33,461 bases of DNA from an uncultured Nitrospiraceae bacterium (GTDB taxonomy: Bacteria > Nitrospirota > Thermodesulfovibrionia > Thermodesulfovibrionales > UBA9159), in NCBI GenBank assembly GCA_947085305.1, contig CAMTVV010000156.1, positions 1 to 33,461 of the forward strand. Direction: 5' to 3'. Shown here piece after piece: positions 27,079 to 33,461 of this stretch. Position 1 is the first letter of the stretch; the number at the start of each line of letters is the position of its first letter. A program made the translations under genes and the position numbers. The notes under the pieces are model-generated. The model was not told the origin of the DNA. It was given only the letters and a program-made list of their open reading frames with translations, and ran no database searches.

Positions 27079-27134
27079 GTCACCCTGAACTCGTTTCAGG
27101 GTCTCATTAGATGCTGAAACAAGTTCAGCATGAC
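27079..27134. repeat. REP-like bipartite palindromic element (GTCA...TGAC type)
   Basis: GTCACCCTGAACTCGTTTCAGGGTCT and inverted partner AGATGCTGAAACAAGTTCAGCATGAC. Confidence 0.8.
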
Positions 27135-27154
27135 AAATTGAGAGGTATTTTCGG

Positions 27155-28153
27155 ATGAAGCTTCTTATTACAGGCGGCTGCGGCTTTATCGGCTCGCATT
27201 TTATCCGACATGTCCTCAATAAGTACACTGCCTATTCCATTATCAACCTCGATGCCCTCACCTATGCAGGAAATCCTGAGAACCTGAAAGATGTCCAGGG
27301 GAACGGAAGATACACCTTTGTGAAAGGGAAAATCGAAGATGCAGCTCTCATAAAAGAGCTCGTCCGGGACGTTGACGCCGTTGTCCACTTTGCCGCAGAA
27401 AGCCATGTGGACAGGTCCATTGCAGATGCTCAGCCGTTCCTCATGACCAATATCATAGGGACGCATACCCTCATGGAAGCGGCAAAAAATGCGCTGGTAA
27501 AGAGATTTGTCCATATCTCAACGGATGAGGTCTACGGCGCCCTCGGAGAAGAGGGGAAGTTCATGGAGGATACCCCCCTCAGGCCCAATTCTCCCTATTC
27601 GGCGTCAAAGGCATCCGCGGATATGCTTGTGAGGGCTTTTTATGAGACCTTTGGATTTCCCGCGCTCATCGTCAGACCTTCCAACAATTACGGGCCATAC
27701 CAGTATCCGGAGAAATTCATCCCCCTCATGATCACGAACCTTTTCGAAAACAGGCCGGTCCCGGTCTACGGCAAAGGGAAGAATGTGAGGGACTGGCTCT
27801 TTGTGGAAGACAACTGCGGCGCCATAGATTTGATCCTGCATAAAGGGAAAGTGGGTGAGGCGTATAATGTGGGCGGCAATGCCGAGAAGAGAAATATCGA
27901 CATCGTGAGAAAGGTCCTCGAGGTCATGGGGAAGGACGAAGCCCTCATCACCTTTGTGAAAGACAGGCCGGGGCACGATTATCGCTACGCCCTTGATACC
28001 TCAAAGATAGAGATGGAACTGGGCTGGAAGCCATCAGTGGATATAGACGACGGACTTATTAAAACCGTCCAGTGGTATAGAGACAATGAGTGGTGGTGGA
28101 GGCCGCTGAAGGAAAGATTATCCTCTGAGAGTAAGGTGATACAATATCCCTGA
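27155..28153 (+). CDS. rfbB: dTDP-glucose 4,6-dehydratase
   Basis: GGCGFIG, AAESHVDRSI, STDEVYG, YSASK, DRPGHD. Confidence 0.96.
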   Translation: MKLLITGGCGFIGSHFIRHVLNKYTAYSIINLDALTYAGNPENLKDVQGNGRYTFVKGKIEDAALIKELVRDVDAVVHFAAESHVDRSIADAQPFLMTNIIGTHTLMEAAKNALVKRFVHISTDEVYGALGEEGKFMEDTPLRPNSPYSASKASADMLVRAFYETFGFPALIVRPSNNYGPYQYPEKFIPLMITNLFENRPVPVYGKGKNVRDWLFVEDNCGAIDLILHKGKVGEAYNVGGNAEKRNIDIVRKVLEVMGKDEALITFVKDRPGHDYRYALDTSKIEMELGWKPSVDIDDGLIKTVQWYRDNEWWWRPLKERLSSESKVIQYP

Positions 28154-28159
28154 AGGTTA

Positions 28160-28195
28160 CCCCTCCCCCTCGCCCCCTCCCGCAAGGGGAGGGGG
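28160..28195. repeat. C/G-rich REP-like hairpin element
   Basis: CCCCTCCCCCTCG leader, then CCCCCTCCC-GCAAG-GGGAGGGGG stem. Confidence 0.65.
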
Positions 28196-28283
28196 TTTGA
28201 GAGGATTAACAATTTTCTATCTCTATTCTAGGGTCTTCTGTCATGTCTTTACATTTCAGCGTCTTTTGCTGTATCTTTCTAAG

Positions 28284-28940
28284 ATGATTGACCTGCATAC
28301 GCATACCATCTTTAGCGACGGTGAACTTCTTCCCTATGAGCTGGTGAGGAGGGCGATCGCTGCGGGATACAGCGCCATCGCCATCACCGATCATGCGGAC
28401 CCGTCCAACATGGACTTCATAGTCCCTCGGATCGTCAAGGCATTAAAAAAGCTCAGGGAGTACGTTTCCATCGAGGTAATTCCCGGAGTGGAGATAACCC
28501 ATGCCCCGCCGAAACTCATCCCTGACCTTGTAAAAGAAGCACGGGCTATGGGAGCAAAGATCGTTCTGGTTCACGGCGAGACCATTGTGGAGCCTGTGGC
28601 AGAAGGCACCAACAGAGCAGCCATTGAGGCGGAAGCCGATATCCTGACCCACCCGGGAATCATCACCATGGAGGATATCCTTTTCGCCAAGGATAAGGGG
28701 GTCGTTCTCGAAATTACTTCACGGAAAGGTCACTCTCTCGCCAACGGCTATGTGGCAAAAGAAGCGATCAAATTCGGCCTGCCCTTGTCCATCAATACCG
28801 ACGCTCACGGCCCCGGGGACCTCATCACAAAGGAAACCGCAAAAAAGATACTCATTGCAGCAGGGATAGATGAAAAGCGAATCGAATCGGTCTTCGAAAA
28901 TTCACGATCACTCGTTGAAAAAGCGCTCAGGAGGGATTGA
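28284..28940 (+). CDS. PHP-domain phosphoesterase (histidinol-phosphatase-like)
   Basis: DLHTHT...SDG, ITDH, GVEITH, HPG, TDAH. Confidence 0.9.
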   Translation: MIDLHTHTIFSDGELLPYELVRRAIAAGYSAIAITDHADPSNMDFIVPRIVKALKKLREYVSIEVIPGVEITHAPPKLIPDLVKEARAMGAKIVLVHGETIVEPVAEGTNRAAIEAEADILTHPGIITMEDILFAKDKGVVLEITSRKGHSLANGYVAKEAIKFGLPLSINTDAHGPGDLITKETAKKILIAAGIDEKRIESVFENSRSLVEKALRRD

Positions 28941-29632
28941 TGCCGAAGGTCATCAAAAAGAAAACCGCAAAACCGACGAACACAGAAGAAGGTGTAAAGA
29001 ACGTTCTTCATGATACAAAGGAATTCATCAGCGAAAAACAGCGTATTCTATTCCCCGTTGTCATTGCCCTTGTCGTTCTCGCTATCGCGGCGGCAGGAAT
29101 CCTCATCTACAGGTCGAATGTAAAGAATCAGGCCGCGGCCCTTGAGTATGAAGGCTATAAGATCTACTATGGACTTTACCAGAAACAGCCTTTTCAGAAA
29201 GAGGAGCGCTCCCGGAAAGCGCTGGAAAAATTCAGCAAGGCTTATGAGGCAAGAAAATCGCCCTTCCCCCTTTTCTATATCGCAAGCTGTTACTATGATC
29301 TGGGGAAGAGCGATGACGCGCTGAAGACCCTGAAGGAACTGAACGCGCGGTTTCCTGATGACGAGAGATTTGTTCCCCTGTCCTATTACAAAATGGCGGT
29401 GATCACCCTCAAGAAGGGCGACAGGGAGGGGGCTCTCAGGCTTCTCGATACCCTTTACAACTACAGGACGGGTTCGTTCAAGGACCTCGCCCTTGTTGAA
29501 TCAGCGAGGATTCTTGATGCCATGGGGAAGAAAGAGGATTCCGTAAAGAAATACGAGGAACTCACAAAGAGCTTCCCGGAATCACCGTTTGCTGAAGAGG
29601 CGAAAGCGAAACTCGGGGGAAAGAAAAGCTAG
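28940..29632 (+). CDS. Membrane-anchored TPR protein (YfgM-like)
   Basis: Single N-terminal TM helix, TPR-like helices, FPESPFA end; TGATG overlap. Confidence 0.8.
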   Translation: MPKVIKKKTAKPTNTEEGVKNVLHDTKEFISEKQRILFPVVIALVVLAIAAAGILIYRSNVKNQAAALEYEGYKIYYGLYQKQPFQKEERSRKALEKFSKAYEARKSPFPLFYIASCYYDLGKSDDALKTLKELNARFPDDERFVPLSYYKMAVITLKKGDREGALRLLDTLYNYRTGSFKDLALVESARILDAMGKKEDSVKKYEELTKSFPESPFAEEAKAKLGGKKS

Positions 29633-30963
29633 TCGTTCACGTACGACTGTTTCTTCTGCAGCGAGGTAACGATAACCTTTTTTGCTGCCGGCTTTTTCCT
29701 GAGGGATTTTTTGTTCTTTGCCGAGGCCTTTTTCAAGTCAGCCCTATCATCCCGGTCCAGGACTAACTTCTCTTTGGGCGGCAGGTAAATAATCTCACCG
29801 GCCTTCAATGCTTTCAGCCCCTTGCCGTCGTTGAGATCGAGGATCACATTGACGGGAATCCCGGTCTTGCTCGAAACATTCTTCAGAGTATCGCCTTTCT
29901 TTGCGGTATAGGTCGCAAGGGAAAACCTCTCTTCATCAGAAAGCCCCGCAAGATTCTCCATGAATATATCTTTCTTGCCGTAAGGTATCCTCAGCTTGTA
30001 GTCGGAAACATTGGGGGGCGTGCTCCATCTCCTCAGCTCCGGATTCAGTTCCCGGATCACCTCCGGCGTGGTCTCTGCGCACCGGGCCGCAGCCTCCAGG
30101 TCAACGGGCTTCTCTACGACTACCTCATCATATTGGAGAGGAGGATGATATTCCTGGTCAACAAAGCCGTAATTGTCGGGGTCTTTGGCGATCAGTTTTG
30201 CAGCGATGAACCTCGGCACGTATTCCTTGGTTTCCTTCTTTATGTGCCGTGTGCTCAACAGGTCCCAGTAATCGTCGCTCTTTGACCTGTTCAGGGCCCT
30301 GAGGATCTTCCCCTCGCCCGCATTGTAGGCAGCCATGGCAAGATTCCATGAACCGAACATTTCGTAAAGGTACTTCAGGTAATTCGCTGCAGCATAGGTC
30401 GACTTTACCGGGTCTTTTCTCTCGTCCCTCCACCAGTCGATCTTTAACCCGTACTGCTTTCCGGTAGAGGCGATGAACTGCCAGGGACCCACTGCCCTTG
30501 CCACAGAATACGCATTGGGATTAAAACCGCTCTCGATGAGTGGAAGAAAGGCGATATCCTCAGGCATATTTTTCCCCTTTAGAATCTCTTTCATCAGTTC
30601 AAGGTATTTTCCGGACCGCAAAAGATAGAGAGAAAACCGCTCCTTTATCCTTTCCGCAAATAACGAGATATTTCTGTCCACTGCCCTGGCAGCAACGGGA
30701 TTTGAAGCATAAGGGATAAGGGCAGTGTTCTCTTTCTCTAAGAGGGGCGGTGGTATTTCAGTTTTTTGGGGTTGAGGGTTTTGTGCTTCCAGAGCGTCCT
30801 GTCCTCCATGAGCTTTGTTCTGCTCCATGGAAGTATAATGTGGAACCTGGGCGGCCTGCACTGCCGGCCCAGTATCATTTCCAGGCGCTCTCTCAGCGGC
30901 AAAAAGATAACAAGGAGTGAGTAGGAGCAGAAACAGCAGACTAAGGCGCTGCAAAATAACCAT
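29629..30963 (-). CDS. MltD-like lytic transglycosylase (SLT + LysM)
   Basis: Signal peptide, IESGF, GPWQF, AAYNAGEG, ETKEYVP, ELNPEL, LysM KKGDTL. Confidence 0.9.
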   Translation of the reverse strand: MVILQRLSLLFLLLLTPCYLFAAERAPGNDTGPAVQAAQVPHYTSMEQNKAHGGQDALEAQNPQPQKTEIPPPLLEKENTALIPYASNPVAARAVDRNISLFAERIKERFSLYLLRSGKYLELMKEILKGKNMPEDIAFLPLIESGFNPNAYSVARAVGPWQFIASTGKQYGLKIDWWRDERKDPVKSTYAAANYLKYLYEMFGSWNLAMAAYNAGEGKILRALNRSKSDDYWDLLSTRHIKKETKEYVPRFIAAKLIAKDPDNYGFVDQEYHPPLQYDEVVVEKPVDLEAAARCAETTPEVIRELNPELRRWSTPPNVSDYKLRIPYGKKDIFMENLAGLSDEERFSLATYTAKKGDTLKNVSSKTGIPVNVILDLNDGKGLKALKAGEIIYLPPKEKLVLDRDDRADLKKASAKNKKSLRKKPAAKKVIVTSLQKKQSYVND

Positions 30964-31053
30964 ACGAGATATTAATACCTCAAAAAAGCTTATTTGTCAA
31001 GAAATTTTCCGCTGCTTTACAAAAAATCTCTTTAAATGTTAGATTTTCTCACT

Positions 31054-31443
31054 GTGCGTTACGGAGAGCGGACGATCAAAAAAACAAAGCTGGAGACGTG
31101 GGATAACCCCCACGCCGAAAGGGATTATGAGGTCGACATAAGCTTTCCCGAGTTTACCTGCCTCTGCCCCCGCTCCGGGTATCCCGACTTCGCCGCCATA
31201 CGGATACGCTATGTCCCCGACCGGAAGATCATAGAACTGAGATCCCTGAAACTCTACCTCAATTCCTTCCGGAATGTTCCCATATCCCATGAAGATGTAA
31301 CCAACAGGATCTACTCGGAATTAGAGAGGATACTGAAGCCGAGGTTCCTCGAGGTATTTGGGGATTTCAACCCCCGGGGAAATGTCAAGACCGTGGTGAG
31401 GGTCTGCTCCGAGAACCGGAAGACACCTGAGTCTTTCCTGTAA
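31054..31443 (+). CDS. queF: preQ1 synthase (type I)
   Basis: [26 protein letters not shown]; GTG start preferred. Confidence 0.94.
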   Translation: MRYGERTIKKTKLETWDNPHAERDYEVDISFPEFTCLCPRSGYPDFAAIRIRYVPDRKIIELRSLKLYLNSFRNVPISHEDVTNRIYSELERILKPRFLEVFGDFNPRGNVKTVVRVCSENRKTPESFL

Positions 31444-31498
31444 ATCCAAGAATCCTAAAGAGTTCCGAATTCCTGCTGGTATGTGGTAATATTTCCGT

Positions 31499-33349
31499 AT
31501 GGTCAAGGATTTCATGCTCCACGGAAGCATTGGACCCTTCGAATTCTATGTCTTTGTGGCCGGAGCAAACGTCAGCAATACCTATTTTTACGAAGAAGCA
31601 GGCCCGAACATACGGTTTTTTTCGAGAGGAAATGAGCTCACGTTGTCCCCTGAAGGCGTCCATTACAAGGGCACCGGGGGTAATTTCTGCGAATACATGT
31701 TCGGCGTCGAGAAACCCTTCAAGGATCTCATTAAAAAGGACGTCCTGAATCGCCTCGTCATGTTCGGGGCTTTTCTCGATAAGACGGAAAGGCTCATCTT
31801 CACCAATGATACCGGGGGTTCAGAGGCGTTCCACCGGCTCTTCCTCCTCGGCCACGCCGTAAAGAACTACTATTTCTTCGTTTCCTCCGACGATAAAAGC
31901 GAATCCAGGAAGAGGCAGCGGCAGATATTGAGGTCTGTGGGGAAGTTCCTGAAGAGAACCGATCTTATTGCGGAAGACCGGGATGCGGAACTGGTGAACG
32001 GCCTGGTGAAGGAGCTCAACGAGCCCCGTTCCACGGTCTTTGTTTTTAAGCTCGTCCATTCCGAGAACCTGGAATATTCACGGGAATTCGAGGCGTTCTA
32101 TGAAGACAAGCGCATGCTGTTGCCCGAAGAAGAGGCCCGCCTGAATGCGGTTGCCATGAAATATCATATTGACGCTTACCAGCAGGAAAGAATGAAGATC
32201 GACAGCATGTACCGGCACGGCGAGAACAAGAGCATTGTGGATGAATACCGGGATATACTCCTTGACATCGCGAATAAGGAGACCGCAGAGCATTCGGAAC
32301 TGGCGAAACTCCACCGGCTGAGAACATTGAGCATAAGGAACAATATCCCGGGCATCCTCTTTGATACCCTCGATGATCTCCTTCTCAAGGACAAGGACGT
32401 GCCCGCCATGGAAGAGCCCGAATACCTCAAGGAAGCGCGGGCGATCCTGGAGAACCTCTTTTTTAAAGCTCCTTCTCTCAAGAGGCATATCATCAGGGAG
32501 GACATCGCTAAACTGATCATGGCAAAGCATATTGCCCATTCACACAGCGACATGGGCTTTGAGCGGGTGCTCCTCGATATCGGCAAGGCGTGCGATGAGT
32601 TCGCCAGGGAGAACAACGACTTCAGTATCTTCGAGGAGCTCAGCTCCATTATCACCTACTTCGACCGCTACGATAACATCCATTCCACAATGAGCAGGAT
32701 CGCATTCATGGAACATCTTGAACTGACCGAGAATGCTCTGAGAAGCCTTGTGGGGAATAAGAAGGAATTCGACGCCCTGGACAAGCCTCTTTTCAAGGAG
32801 ATCTTCATCAAGGAGCTCCTCGCGAATAAGTACATCACCTCCTTCGGAAAGAAACGGATAAAAGCCCTCAATGACGGCATCGGAAAGGTGCTCAGGGGCG
32901 ACGCATCCCTGAGGGATCTGGTAATGGAGCTCCATAAAATTAGTGAAGAGGAGAGGGTGTACAAATATATCCGCACTTCTTTAAAGGAAAGGCTTCACGA
33001 GTTATATACCTCGCTGAATATCAAGGAAGAAATGCTGAGAATCCGTAAGGAGATCGAAGCGGAACTGAGCAAGGAAGGAATAGCATGGGAGGTTCGTAAA
33101 AATCTCTTCGACAAGGCGCTCCTTGACCTCAAGAAGGAATCCTACTACCTCTGTCATCTCCTGCCTATCATCATGAGGGACAAAGACCTCGCGCTCAGGG
33201 AGGACTTCCTGAACAACAGCGGCCTCGACCGCTTCTACATCGAGGGGCTTGAAAAGGAATATCTGAAAGACAACGGATTCAGCTCCGCCATTCTCGAGTC
33301 GGTAAGGGAAGACCAGTTTTCAGGGGCTGGAGGCGGCGAGCGGATTTGA
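31499..33349 (+). CDS. Conserved protein, TIGR04442-like family
   Basis: 616-aa ORF with RFFSRGNE, GGNFCEYMFG, NRLVMFGA, YQQERMKID, REDFL..SGLDRFY; family recognised from memory. Confidence 0.75.
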   Translation: MVKDFMLHGSIGPFEFYVFVAGANVSNTYFYEEAGPNIRFFSRGNELTLSPEGVHYKGTGGNFCEYMFGVEKPFKDLIKKDVLNRLVMFGAFLDKTERLIFTNDTGGSEAFHRLFLLGHAVKNYYFFVSSDDKSESRKRQRQILRSVGKFLKRTDLIAEDRDAELVNGLVKELNEPRSTVFVFKLVHSENLEYSREFEAFYEDKRMLLPEEEARLNAVAMKYHIDAYQQERMKIDSMYRHGENKSIVDEYRDILLDIANKETAEHSELAKLHRLRTLSIRNNIPGILFDTLDDLLLKDKDVPAMEEPEYLKEARAILENLFFKAPSLKRHIIREDIAKLIMAKHIAHSHSDMGFERVLLDIGKACDEFARENNDFSIFEELSSIITYFDRYDNIHSTMSRIAFMEHLELTENALRSLVGNKKEFDALDKPLFKEIFIKELLANKYITSFGKKRIKALNDGIGKVLRGDASLRDLVMELHKISEEERVYKYIRTSLKERLHELYTSLNIKEEMLRIRKEIEAELSKEGIAWEVRKNLFDKALLDLKKESYYLCHLLPIIMRDKDLALREDFLNNSGLDRFYIEGLEKEYLKDNGFSSAILESVREDQFSGAGGGERI

Positions 33350-33403
33350 ACCGCTGCATAAAGGTTTTGCAGACCTCCCCCTTAGCCACTTGGGTACGCC
33401 GCC
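33328..33403 (-). tRNA. tRNA-Cys (GCA)
   Basis: GGCGGCG acceptor stem, CT-GCA-AA loop, TTCAAAT T-loop, U73 discriminator, encoded CCA; 76 nt. Confidence 0.97.
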
Positions 33404-33407
33404 ATAT

Positions 33408-33458
33408 TAGCTGATAGCTGATAGCTGATAGCTGATAGCTCATAGCTGATAGCTGATA
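33408..33458. repeat. Heptamer tandem repeat TAGCTGA x7
   Basis: Seven copies, one variant TAGCTCA, directly upstream of the tRNA. Confidence 0.95.
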
Positions 33459-33461
33459 AAC

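Noticed and set aside
33408-33458. CRISPR-like array
   Set aside because: 7-nt tandem units without spacers; no CRISPR array or cas gene seen anywhere in the window

Overview
Bacterial chromosomal window. Gene content (TIGR04442-like protein, non-discriminating-type AspRS, WOR-family oxidoreductase, GEMM riboswitch) suggests an anaerobic Nitrospirota or deltaproteobacterial-like organism; this is inference. Housekeeping genes (rluD, trmJ, rluB, aspS, tsaC, queF, rfbA/C/B, gpmA, pyk, lytic transglycosylase, tRNA-Cys) alternate with decaying accessory DNA: two clusters of integron attC-like sites with no integrase, group II intron remnants, several REP/MITE-like palindromes, heptamer microrepeats and deletion pseudogenes. 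Main highlights: (1) a GEMM-I riboswitch with the A20/C92 signature of 3',3'-cGAMP sensing, upstream of a REC-HD-GYP gene with QD instead of HD and an Rxx-K motif, followed by a MITE-interrupted two-CW gene; (2) an FeS subunit + WOR + gpmA + pyk cluster resembling ferredoxin-dependent GAP-oxidising lower glycolysis; (3) an ArsR, unannotated 38-aa CxCGCGC peptide and CopD-like metal module with twin operators; (4) glpQ-like and zupT genes bracketed by attC sites; (5) many apparently leaderless genes.
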